A stretch of 64,000 nucleotides of DNA from an uncultured delta proteobacterium. Lineage in GTDB: Bacteria; Desulfobacterota; Desulfobacteria; Desulfobacterales; JAHEIW01. Within the stretch, counting starts at the first letter, position 1, and each line of letters begins with the position of its first letter. The notes below the pieces were generated by a model. It searched no databases, was not told where the DNA came from, and saw only the letters and a list, made by a program, of their open reading frames with translations. Both the position numbers and the translations under genes were made by a program. The stretch is taken from assembly GCA_963706575.1 (NCBI GenBank), contig CAVPNL010000006.1, positions 864,001 to 928,000 on the forward strand. Direction: 5' to 3'. Shown here one piece after another: positions 30,336 through 39,661 of this stretch.

Positions 30336-30542
30336 ATGACCCAAAACGCCGGAATAACCACTCATAAGATCCAGTGGTGTGATTTACGCTGTAAATGGGC
30401 GAATGCGGCCAAACTCGAAGCCCTGGATGGCAGCTGCCGTACATTTCAATCTCTGTGGTGCCGGAAACTGGAAAAACATGTCACCAAAAATGCACCCTGT
30501 GAAGTTCTATTCGGTCAACGCCGCCCGATAACAAAATTTTAA
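30336..30542 (+). CDS. Small Cys-rich hypothetical protein (possible metal binding)
   Basis: 68 aa with WCDLRC...GSCRTF...WC...KNAPC. Confidence 0.6.
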   Translation: MTQNAGITTHKIQWCDLRCKWANAAKLEALDGSCRTFQSLWCRKLEKHVTKNAPCEVLFGQRRPITKF

Positions 30543-30550
30543 CTGATTTT

Positions 30551-30641
30551 TTCACGCAAAGCCGCAAAGTCGCAAAGAATAAAGTTTGTCAGATAATTTA
30601 ATTAAACTTTGCGCGCCTGTTTTTTGGCGTCTTTGCGTGAG
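30551..30641. repeat. Intergenic inverted repeat made of 8-bp CGCAAAGN units
   Basis: TTCACGCAAAGCCGCAAAGTCGCAAAG versus CTTTGCG...GGCGTCTTTGCGTGAG. Confidence 0.7.
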
Positions 30642-30669
30642 GCCGCTTTTTGCCCTTTTTCTGGTCCCT

Positions 30670-31068
30670 ATGTCTGCTACCGGTCAATCAAAACTCAGAA
30701 ATTTCCTCATCTGCTGGCTGCCGCTGATTATTTACTGCCTGGCTATTTACATTCAATCCGGCCAGCCCGGCCCTGAACATATCCCTGATGTGCGTTTTCT
30801 GGATAAATTCCTGCACTTTGGCGCTTACGGCCTGCTGGGGATCCTTTTTTTCAGAGCCTATGAAACCCTGCCGCTCAAAAACTTCAAAAACCTGCTGATT
30901 TTAATCAGCATCGGGTCAGCCACCCTTTACGGAATCAGCGATGAGATCCATCAATTTTTTGTTCCATCCAGGCAGGCTGACATTATGGATGTGATCGCTA
31001 ATACGATCGGCAGCATCTGCGGGGTTTACCTTTTTTATAGGTGGAAAAATCAAAAAGAACCGGTGTAG
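30670..31068 (+). CDS. VanZ-family membrane protein
   Basis: DKFLHFGAYG, SDEIHQFFVPSR, DVIAN; start moved past the repeat element. Confidence 0.85.
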   Translation: MSATGQSKLRNFLICWLPLIIYCLAIYIQSGQPGPEHIPDVRFLDKFLHFGAYGLLGILFFRAYETLPLKNFKNLLILISIGSATLYGISDEIHQFFVPSRQADIMDVIANTIGSICGVYLFYRWKNQKEPV

Positions 31069-31099
31069 CGGTCTCGCGACTAACGGTAAGTTTTACCAT

Positions 31100-31289
31100 G
31101 AACCCATCTCAAAAATGTCTTTTGTCCCAACATTTTTGTTGGAGCCTCGTTTTAAATCCTCGACATACAACAGTATGCCTGCGGTTTACGACCCACAAGG
31201 AGTATAAGATCAGACGGGGAATCCCGCAACGCGGGAAAACTCGGCCCTGCCGCGATCTTGAACCAAAATCCTATTTTTGAGATGGGTTC
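31100..31289 (-). mobile_element. MITE-like element, copy 3 (reverse orientation, 48-bp nested insert)
   Basis: AT-GAACCCATCTCAAAAAT ... ATTTTTGAGATGGGTTC-AT; interior is the reverse complement of copy 2 plus an insert at 31188..31235. Confidence 0.8.
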
Positions 31290-31309
31290 ATATTAAGCGG
31301 CTGTGCGGA

Positions 31310-31338
31310 TTGACAACACCCCTGATTTTATGTACAAA
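31310..31338 (+). promoter_or_regulatory. Putative sigma70 promoter of the formate dehydrogenase gene
   Basis: TTGACA-17 nt-TACAAA. Confidence 0.5.
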
Positions 31339-31506
31339 GGATAGCTTGAATTGGCTGTGGTGGGTCAGTGAATATCAACCGGACTGACCCTCCGAAGACA
31401 GACGGCCGTTTCATTCGTCCATATTTAATTGTGCAGCGGTTTGGATTTGCTGAATCCGAGTCGATTAAAAACTCGCCATTGAATCCGATTAAAGGAGTGG
31501 AACTCT

Positions 31507-34275
31507 ATGCCTTCCGAAAATAGCATTTCAATCAACGGCAATGTATTTTCCTATACACCGGGCGAAACCATCTTGGAGGTGGCGCATCGCAACAGTATTG
31601 ATATCCCGACCCTGTGTCACCTCAAAGGGGCCATCCCTACCGGTGCGTGCCGTATGTGCCTGGTAGAGGTTAAAGGCGCCCGCAGTCTGGTGGCTTCCTG
31701 TGCCGCACCGGTCACACCGAATATGGTAGTTCAAACCGAAACGGCGCAAGTTGTCGAAGCACGCCGCATGGTCCTGCAACTGCTGCTGTCCTCCGGTAAT
31801 CACAACTGTGCGGTTTGCGGAAGCGCCGCAGATAACTGGACCGAATTTCAACTTAAAGTGCAACAGGCTGAAGACGGCACCGAATTGTGCCCGGTCTGGG
31901 GCGATTGCCGCCTGCAAGACCTGGCCTTTCGCTACCAGGTCACCGGTGAGCGCTTTGAGCCCACCGAGACCGCTTATCCGATGGAAACCGCCAATCCGTT
32001 CATTCTGCGCGATTTTTCCCGCTGTATTCAATGTGGCCGATGCGTGCAGGCCTGCAACGAAGTGCAGGTCAACCAGGCCATTCATTTCGGCTATCGCGGG
32101 GCCGCCACCAAAATTATTGCCGCCGGCGATCGACCCTATATCGACTCGGATTGTGTCTTTTGCGGAGAATGCGTCCAGGCTTGCCCGGTGGGCGCCCTGG
32201 TTGAAAAGGATGCCCGCTACGAGGCCCGTCCCTGGAAGACACGTAAGGTGCGCACCACCTGTACCTATTGCGGGGTAGGCTGTCAGATCTATCTGCATGT
32301 CAGGGACAACCGGGTGGTCAAAATTACCGGGGTGGAAGACGTGGCGCCCAATTACGGCAGCCTTTGCGTCAAGGGCCGCTTCGGATTCGACTTTATCCAT
32401 TCACCCGACCGGGTGAAAACACCGCTGATCAAAGAAAACGGTTCTTTCCGCGAAGCCTCCTGGGATGAGGCCCTGGATCTGGTGGCCCGCAAGCTGGGAG
32501 ACATCAAGGCCGAACACGGATCCGACAGCATCGGGATGCTGACGTCCGCAAGAATTACCAATGAGGAAAACTACATTGCCCAGAAGTTTGCCCGGGCGGT
32601 GCTGGGGACCAACAATGTGGACCATTGCGCGCGTCTCTGACATTCCTCCACTGTGGCCGGTCTGGCCGCAGCATTCGGCAGCGGAGCAATGACCAATACC
32701 ATTGCCGATATGCAAGAGGCGGATGTGTTTTTAATTACCGGATCCAATACCACTGAAAACCATCCGGTGATATCCAGTGGGGTCAAGCGGGCGGTAACCG
32801 CTAAAGGAGCGAAGCTCATCGTGGTCGATCCGCGGCGTATCCGAATCACCCGATTTGCGGACAAATGGCTGCGGCAGAACCTGGGAACCGATGTGGCCTG
32901 GATCAACGGCTTGATGCATGTGATCATTAAAGAAGGGTTGCATGCCAAAGAATTTATTGAAAAGCGCACCGAGGGCTTCGAAGAACTGCAAAACATCGTT
33001 GAAAAATTTACCCCTGATTATGTGGAGCAGATCAGCGGTATCCCGGCGCAGGAAATTATCGATGCCGCCCGGCTGTATGCTAATGCCGCGCGTGGCTGCA
33101 TTTTATATTGTATGGGCATTACCCAGCACACCACCGGAACCGATAACGTTAAATCTTTGGCCAACCTGGCGATGCTTTGCGGCAACATGGGCATCGCGGG
33201 CGGCGGTGTCAACCCGCTGCGCGGCCAGAACAACGTTCAGGGAGCCTGTGACATGGGCGGTCTGCCGGATGTGTATTCCGGCTATCAGAAAGTCATCGAT
33301 CCCGCAGCGCGCGAGCGCATGGCCGAGGCCTGGAATGTGGACGCGCTTTCCGACCAGCCCGGCATGAAGGCCACCCAGATGATACCGGCGGCCCACGACG
33401 GCACCCTTAAAGCGCTATATGTCATCGGTGAAAATCCGCTGGTTTCCGATCCGGATGTCAACCATGCTGAAAAAAGCTTGAATAACCTGGATTTTCTGGT
33501 GGTGCAGGACATCTTTTTAACCGAAACCGCTCAACTGGCCGATGTGATTTTACCCACGGCCTGCTATGCCGAAAAAGACGGCACCTTTGCCAACACCGAG
33601 CGCCGCGTGCAGCGGGTGCGCAAAGCGGTCGATCCCCCGGGGCAGGCATGGGATGATTGGAAAATTTGTTGTGAGATTGCCACGCGAATGGGCCATCCCA
33701 TGGCCTATGAAAACAGCCGGCAGATCATGGAGGAAATATCAGCGGTAACACCGTCTTACGCCGGCATCAGTTACGAGCGCATCGAACATGAAGGCATTCA
33801 CTGGCCCTGTCCGACGGCCGAACACCCCGGGACCCCGATTTTGCATGGTGAACAATTCACCCGCGGCAAGGGGCTGTTTCACGCCATTGATTACATTGAA
33901 CCGGCCGAGATGATCGATGATGAGTATCCGCTGTATCTCACCACCGGTCGTCTGCTTTACCAGTATCATACCGGCACCATGACCATGAGAACCGGCGGGC
34001 TCAATGAAATTGCGCCGGAGGCGTTTGTGGAAATCTCACCGCAGGATGCGCGCGAATTTGAACTGGAGGAAGGGGCGCTGGTTAATATTGCTTCACGCCG
34101 GGGGACCATTCAGGCACCCATTAAAATATCGCGCAAGGCGGTTAACGGAACCGTATTTATCCCCTTTCACTATGCAGCGGCTGCGGCCAATCGACTGACC
34201 AACGCAGCCCTGGATCCGATTTCGGGAATTCCTGAATACAAAGTCTGTGCGGTTAAAGTGTCGAAGGCAGCGTAG
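31507..34275 (+). CDS. fdhA: Selenocysteine-containing formate dehydrogenase alpha subunit (Mo/W-bisPGD) with N-terminal 2Fe-2S/4Fe-4S domains, 922 aa
   Basis: ORFs 31507..32640 and 32653..34275 are in frame across TGA 32638-32640: CARL-U-HSSTVAGL; also CTYCGVGC, LRGQNNVQGACD, and a SECIS-like hairpin. Confidence 0.95.
32651..32671 (+). promoter_or_regulatory. Bacterial SECIS element of fdhA
   Basis: CTGTGGCC-GGTCT-GGCCGCAG; the GGTCT loop at +19..+23 after UGA is in the same register as in E. coli fdhF. Confidence 0.85.
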
Positions 34276-34293
34276 CTGCCAGTTATTAGCTGA

Positions 34294-34348
34294 GTAGGGC
34301 CGGCCTCTGTGCCGGCCAGGGAATGGCGGCCGCAGAGGGCCGCCCTAC
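34294..34348. repeat. GTAG-type REP doublet (REPIN-like)
   Basis: GTAGGGCCGGCCTCTGTGCCGGCC ... GGCGGCCGCAGAGGGCCGCCCTAC. Confidence 0.75.
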
Positions 34349-34379
34349 TTCGAAATTCCTTGTTCTGCGGTTCAAAATA

Positions 34380-34411
34380 AAAAACCCGGCCTTTTTCGAG
34401 GTCGGGTTTTT
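34380..34411. terminator. Bidirectional rho-independent terminator between the two selenoprotein genes
   Basis: AAAAACCCGGCCT...AGGTCGGGTTTTT hairpin. Confidence 0.75.
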
Positions 34412-34443
34412 CTGTACCTAATGTTACGATCTTATCGGTTTGA

Positions 34444-35766
34444 TTATTCCTCCAGTTCCTTGGACGGCAGCACATCGACATCCGCCAGGTCCGGTCCCAG
34501 ATATTCGCGTTCATTTTCGCCCAGAATGCCCATGGACAAACAGATCAGGGTCCACAGATGCACCGAATGATAACCGCCTTCGAAATGCTCGCTGAGATCA
34601 TGAATCTGGGAATGACAGTTGTGGCACGGTGTAATGCAGTAAGGGGCACCGGTGGCCATAATCTGGTCAAATTTTACTTTGCCGAAGGCGCGGCGCTGAT
34701 CGGGGAGTCCATTCTGTAGAAAGCCCCCGCCTCCGCCGCAGCAATAGTTATTGGAGCGGTTGGGGGTCATGTCGATAAAATTTTCTTCGCCCACCACAGC
34801 TTTGACCACATAACGCATATCTTCCGCCACAGGATCGCCCAGCGTTTTACGAACCAATTGGCACGGGTCCTGGCAGGTAAACTTGATCTTGCGGTCCTTG
34901 TTCCATTCGGAGCTGACCTTCAGTTTGCCTTCCCGGATCCATTGGGCGTACAATCGAATGATGCTTTCAATTTCAAAGTTGTGCTCGATGTTGAATTTTT
35001 GCAGTCCGACCCGGACTGCGAACAGTTCGTGCCCTCACTCCGTGTTGAGCCAGACCTTGCAGCCCAGATCATCGACGGCTTTGGCTTTAGTGCGTACGAT
35101 TTTTTCCCAGTTTTCAAGGTCCGCCATAAACATGCAGTAGTTCTCGGCAGCCCAGCCTTTGGTGCCGTAAGTCCAATCCGCACCGGCGATGTGCAGGATT
35201 TTCCACAGGGGCACCATTTCATCCGGCTCGGTGACCGGCTCGCGGGAATTCTGATTTAAGAAATAATAGGCGCCTTCTTTGTTAATCGGTGCCTGCAGGT
35301 CCGCAAATCCTTCCTGGGTTTGTTGAACCTCTTCCAGCACGTCTTCGACCACAAACTGAAAATCTTCCTCGGTGGCCCCCATGGCGCTACAGGTATCGTT
35401 TCGAAGGGCCATGTCGCAGGAGCCTAAAATACCTTTGGGCCGCTCTTCCCGGGGCCGGCTTTTTCTGACGTTGAACACCAGCTGGGGGATGTCGATTTTC
35501 ATGGGACAGACATAGATGCAGCGCATGCACAGGGTGCAGCACCAGGCCCATTCGGAGCTTAAGATTTCCTCGTCCATCCCCAGTGCGGCCATGCGCAAAA
35601 ATTTTCTCGGATCCATGTCTTCCAGGCCCGTAGCCGGGCATCCGGAAGAGCAGGCGCCGCAAGTCAGGCACAGGTTTAGATTTCCGCCCTCCGGCAGAAG
35701 CTCTTTAACCTGGTCAATGAACTTGCTTTTTTTCTTTCCGCCAAGTTTGATTGCCTCTTGAGCCAT
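34444..35766 (-). CDS. Probable selenocysteine-containing HdrD/DsrK-like (4Fe-4S dicluster + CCG) Fe-S oxidoreductase, 440 aa
   Basis: ORFs 35035..35802 and 34444..34953 join in frame across TGA 35035-35037: WLNTE-U-GHELFAVRVGLQ; CLTCGACSSGCP, CTLCMRCIYVCP, QDPCQ, CCGGGGG, TPCHNC; GGAGG RBS before the ATG at 35766. Confidence 0.9.
35001..35019 (-). promoter_or_regulatory. Bacterial SECIS-like element of the CCG oxidoreductase
   Basis: Minus strand GCAGTCC-GGGTC-GGACTGC perfect stem, separated from the UGA by 15 nt. Confidence 0.8.
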
Positions 35767-35970
35767 GCTTTTAATTCCTCCGTGTGATTTTTGCTTGCGC
35801 AAAAATTAATTATTTCACTAATCCTTTAATTTTCAAGTTAAAAAATGAGATCCAAACCCTGAATAGCCAAAAATTTAAGAAAAAGTTAACCTGCCAGAAA
35901 ATTAAGGATCTGTCAAGTCATGATGTTGGGTTTTGTACCTCAATTCAACCCACGAAACCTCTGCTGCACA

Positions 35971-36025
35971 GTAGGGCGGGCCTCTGTGCCCGCCGTTCAG
36001 AGGTCGGCACGGAGGCCGACCCTAC
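35971..36025. repeat. GTAG-type REP doublet (REPIN-like)
   Basis: GTAGGGCGGGCCTCTGTGCCCGCC ... GGTCGGCACGGAGGCCGACCCTAC. Confidence 0.75.
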
Positions 36026-36127
36026 TTAAATCCGCAATCCGCATTTCCCATTCCGAATTCAAAAGGATGTCTGTCAAGGGACTTGGCGGCTGAATTGCAT
36101 TTAGTTTTTTACAATCATTTTCAAAAT

Positions 36128-37105
36128 CTATGGTAATAAAATCGTGGAGCCCGTGGTTTTGCGTGCCTCCAGATCCTGATGGGCCCGGGCAACCTCCGAC
36201 AGCGGATAGGTCTGCCGGACCTCGATTTTGACCGCACCGCTCTGGACCACCTCAAACAGGTCCCGGGCGTGCGCCAGCAAAGCGTCGCGTTCGGCCGTAT
36301 AGGTCATCAAGGTGGGGCGGGTTAAAAATAAGGAGCCTTTGGCCGACAGGAGTCCGGGGTCAAATGCGGGCACCAGCCCCGAGGACTGGCCGAAGCTGGC
36401 CATCATGCCCATAGGCCGCAGGCAATCCAGGGATTTCATAAAAGTGGCCTGGCCGACCGAATCGTAAACCACATCCACCCCTTTGCCGTCGGTAATTTCC
36501 CGGGTGCGCTCGGCAAAATCCTCTTCCTCGTAAAGAATTGTGTGGTGGCAGCCATAGCCACGTGCCAATTCGGCTTTGGCTTCGGACCCGACCGTGCCGA
36601 TGACCGTTGCGCCTAAATGATGGGCCCACTGACACACAATCAGTCCCACCCCGCCGGCGGCCGCATGGATTAAAATGGTGTCGCCGGCTTTAACCTTATA
36701 GCAGCCGCGCAGCAGATACCGTGCGGTCATTCCCTGCAGCATCATGGCGGCGGCCTGCTGGAGGGGAATTGCATCCGGCACTTTAACCAGGCGATGGGCC
36801 GGAATCAGACGCGCTTCGGCATAAGCTCCGGGCGGTAACGCCGCATATGCCACCCGATCTCCCGCGGCGACCTCGGTTACGCCTTCACCGACCGCCTCCA
36901 CAATGCCGGCGCCCTCCATCCCCGGGATAGCCGGCAGGGAAGGCAACGGATACGTACCGGTACGGTGATAGACATCAATAAAATTCAGCCCCACGGCCTC
37001 ATGCCGCACCAGGGCTTCGCCTGTTGCCGGCTGGCCGGGATCATACTCCTCCCAGCGCATCACATCCGGCCCGCCGGTTTCATATATTCTGATTGCCTTT
37101 GTCAT
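36128..37105 (-). CDS. qor: NADPH:quinone oxidoreductase (MDR family)
   Basis: GLNFIDVYHRTG, HAAAGGVG, KGSLFLTRPTL, RKTTGS; RBS before the ATG at 37105. Confidence 0.9.
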   Translation of the reverse strand: MTKAIRIYETGGPDVMRWEEYDPGQPATGEALVRHEAVGLNFIDVYHRTGTYPLPSLPAIPGMEGAGIVEAVGEGVTEVAAGDRVAYAALPPGAYAEARLIPAHRLVKVPDAIPLQQAAAMMLQGMTARYLLRGCYKVKAGDTILIHAAAGGVGLIVCQWAHHLGATVIGTVGSEAKAELARGYGCHHTILYEEEDFAERTREITDGKGVDVVYDSVGQATFMKSLDCLRPMGMMASFGQSSGLVPAFDPGLLSAKGSLFLTRPTLMTYTAERDALLAHARDLFEVVQSGAVKIEVRQTYPLSEVARAHQDLEARKTTGSTILLP

Positions 37106-37127
37106 AACGCACTCCTCCTTTCTTTTT

Positions 37128-37198
37128 GGCAGGCACGGTGGCCTGTTGGCAGGCACGGTGGCCTGCCCTACAACGTAGGGTCGGCCACTGTGCCGACC
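37128..37198. repeat. GTAG-type REP cluster (one partial and two full units)
   Basis: GGCAGGCACGGTGGCCTG duplicated, then ...CCCTAC-AAC-GTAGGGTCGGCCACTGTGCCGACC. Confidence 0.7.
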
Positions 37199-37588
37199 GC
37201 AAAGAATTTAATTTAATATTAATTTCTTGAAATTAAGGAGATACCGGATAGAAGTCAAGCAAGTCGTCTTTTAATCAAGATATACTTGACACACCACGCG
37301 CATTTTCCTATATGTATTGGATCTGATTCTCGTCTAGTATCTGATCTATGTTCGCTTTTTGAGCGGTAATTATTTCAGAACCTCTTTTTCATCCTGTGCG
37401 TTGCGACTCTTGCCTGAGCTACGCATATTGAAAGGTCATAACGCGATTCTTAACAAGTCTCTTTAATGTTAACATTCATCTTCAGGGGCGGTCTTTGTTT
37501 TGTCTTTCGAGAAAGGATGGGTAAATTGAACACTTTCCCTTAGCATAAGACCCGAAACAAAGACTACAATCCAAAAAAGGAGGTAGAC

Positions 37589-38800
37589 ATGAAAAAAATT
37601 ATTATTTTAGCCAGCGTTTTGATCCTATCACTTGCCTTCATTTCGGCTGCACCGGCAGGGGAAATCAGAGTCGGAACCCTTATGGCCCAAACCGGCCCAT
37701 TAAAGGAATATGGACCGCCCATTAAAGATGGTGCTGTCCTGGCGGGCAAGCAGATGGCGGCTGCCGGTTTTGAAATCGAGTGGTTCCATGAGGATAGCGA
37801 GACCAACCCGGCTCCGGCGACCAATGCGGCCAAGAAACTGGTTAACGTCAACAATGTCGTGGCCATCATTGGTGCGTTGTCAAGCGGGGTGACCCTGGCT
37901 GTGGCGGAATCTGTGACCCTTCCCAACAATGTGATCTTGATTTCACCGGCGTCCACCAATCCCTTGATGACGGTCTTGCCGGCGGATGAAGGCAAAGACT
38001 TCCTCTTCCGAACCTGCCCGTCAGACGCCTTGCAAGGTGTCGTGGCCGGTAAACTGGCCGCCAGTTATAATAAGACCGCTTCGATTCTATACGTCAACAA
38101 TGCGTATGGTCAGGGACTGGCGGAAGTATTCACAGAATCCTTTGCAAAATTCGGTGGCAAGGTACTCGCTGCAGTACCCCACGACGAGAAAGCCGCCGAA
38201 TCCTATACCGCAGAGCTGAAAAAAGCCCTGGCGGGGAATCCGGATCGATTGCTTGTCTATAGTTATCCGGAGCATGCCAAGGTCTATGTGAAAGAAGCCT
38301 TCGAGTTTTACAAATACGGAAGATTCCTGTTCTGTGATGGCACCAAATCACAGGATATCCTCGATGCCGTCGGAGCCAAACGTCTTGAGGGCCAGAAGGG
38401 TACGGCTCCCGGCACGGTCGGTGGGCAAGCATACGACAAGTTCAATGAGTACTACAAGGCCGAATATGGCATGCTTCCCCCCAAGCCCTTTATCACCAAT
38501 GCCTATGACGGGGCGGCCGTCATCGGATTGGCGGCTTATGCGGCCAAAGTCAAAGGACTTGAGTTGACCGCTGCAAATATCCGGGATCACATGCGGGCGG
38601 TGGCCAATCCTCCCGGGGAGGTTGTCATTCCCGGTGAGTTCGAGAAAGCATTTGGTTTGCTGAAAGCGGGCAAGGCCATTAACTATGAAGGCGCGGCCGG
38701 ATCGGTTGATTTCGACCAACACGGCGATGTCGTCACGCCGATTGAGATCTGGGAATACCGCGGCGGCAAACTTGTGACATTAAGTACCGAATCACCATAA
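37589..38800 (+). CDS. Branched-chain amino acid-type ABC transporter substrate-binding protein
   Basis: Signal peptide; IIGALSSGVT, ISPAST, FLFRTCPSDALQG, INYEGAAGSVDFD. Confidence 0.9.
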   Translation: MKKIIILASVLILSLAFISAAPAGEIRVGTLMAQTGPLKEYGPPIKDGAVLAGKQMAAAGFEIEWFHEDSETNPAPATNAAKKLVNVNNVVAIIGALSSGVTLAVAESVTLPNNVILISPASTNPLMTVLPADEGKDFLFRTCPSDALQGVVAGKLAASYNKTASILYVNNAYGQGLAEVFTESFAKFGGKVLAAVPHDEKAAESYTAELKKALAGNPDRLLVYSYPEHAKVYVKEAFEFYKYGRFLFCDGTKSQDILDAVGAKRLEGQKGTAPGTVGGQAYDKFNEYYKAEYGMLPPKPFITNAYDGAAVIGLAAYAAKVKGLELTAANIRDHMRAVANPPGEVVIPGEFEKAFGLLKAGKAINYEGAAGSVDFDQHGDVVTPIEIWEYRGGKLVTLSTESP

Positions 38801-38834
38801 TAACAGACAGGCGTTAATTTAGCTTACAACGCAT

Positions 38835-38868
38835 AGAGGGGTCTGCCAGAGCAGACCCCTCTTTTTTT
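38835..38868 (+). terminator. Rho-independent terminator between convergent genes
   Basis: AGAGGGGTCTGC-CAGA-GCAGACCCCTCT followed by a T run. Confidence 0.85.
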
Positions 38869-39661
38869 ATTTGCCTTTATAGACAGGATCGCGTTTCTCG
38901 ATAAAGGCACGTGCGCCCTCAAAAAAATCCTCGCTTGCATGGCAGGCGACCACACTGTCTTCCTCGAGCTTTAAGATCGATTCAAGGTCCATTTCATTGG
39001 TTTGCTGAAAGGCTTCTTTAGTGAGGCGAATGGAGCGGGGGGCATTTGCAGCAATGATATTGGACTTATCGAAAACAGATTGCATTAATTTGTCAGCCGG
39101 CAACACCGCCGTAACCAGGCCGGCCTCAAGTGCTTCCTGCGCCGAAATTTTTTCACCCGTTAAGAGCCAGTCCTTGGCCCGCCCCAATCCGACCAGTTTG
39201 GGAAGAAAGTACATAACACCGTTGGTGAAAAACAGCGCTCTTTTGACTTCGGGAAATCCAAAAAACGCTTGTTCTGAAGCCATCCGAATGTCGCATGCCA
39301 GCGCAAACTCCGCACCAATACCCACGGCCAGACCAGTGATGGCCGCAATGACGACTTTGGGAATTTGGGTGAGCTGTTTTGTGATCTTTGCCAGTAATTG
39401 TACTTCCTGACGAAGTTTGTCGCTTGCAGATGCCGCTTCGTACAAAAAAGCCAGATCCTTCAGGTCTCGCCCGGCTGAAAATGCGCGGCCCTTTCCCGTG
39501 AGTATCAGGACATGAAGGTTTTTATCCTGCTCAACATCCTCAAGGAGGTCCTGGAACTCGCGGAGCATTCCATTGCTAAAGGTATTTAAGGAATCAGGTC
39601 GATTGAAAGTAGCAACGGCAATACTGTCACGCTTTTCATAAAGAATGTCTTTAAATTTCAT
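38867..39661 (-). CDS. Enoyl-CoA hydratase/isomerase family protein
   Basis: AFSAGRDL, ALACDIRMAS, FGFPEV, EGARAFIEKR; ATG at 39661. Confidence 0.9.
   Translation of the reverse strand: MKFKDILYEKRDSIAVATFNRPDSLNTFSNGMLREFQDLLEDVEQDKNLHVLILTGKGRAFSAGRDLKDLAFLYEAASASDKLRQEVQLLAKITKQLTQIPKVVIAAITGLAVGIGAEFALACDIRMASEQAFFGFPEVKRALFFTNGVMYFLPKLVGLGRAKDWLLTGEKISAQEALEAGLVTAVLPADKLMQSVFDKSNIIAANAPRSIRLTKEAFQQTNEMDLESILKLEEDSVVACHASEDFFEGARAFIEKRDPVYKGK

Noticed and set aside
32638..35037. Nonsense-mutation pseudogenes at TGA 32638-32640 and TGA 35035-35037
   Set aside because: Both TGAs sit at conserved Cys positions, the frames continue, and each has a SECIS-like hairpin
20355..36105. Additional attC half-sites (CCGCTGAAAT near 20356, GGCTGAATT near 36088)
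   Set aside because: Only an L'-like heptamer is present, without matching R''/L'' boxes
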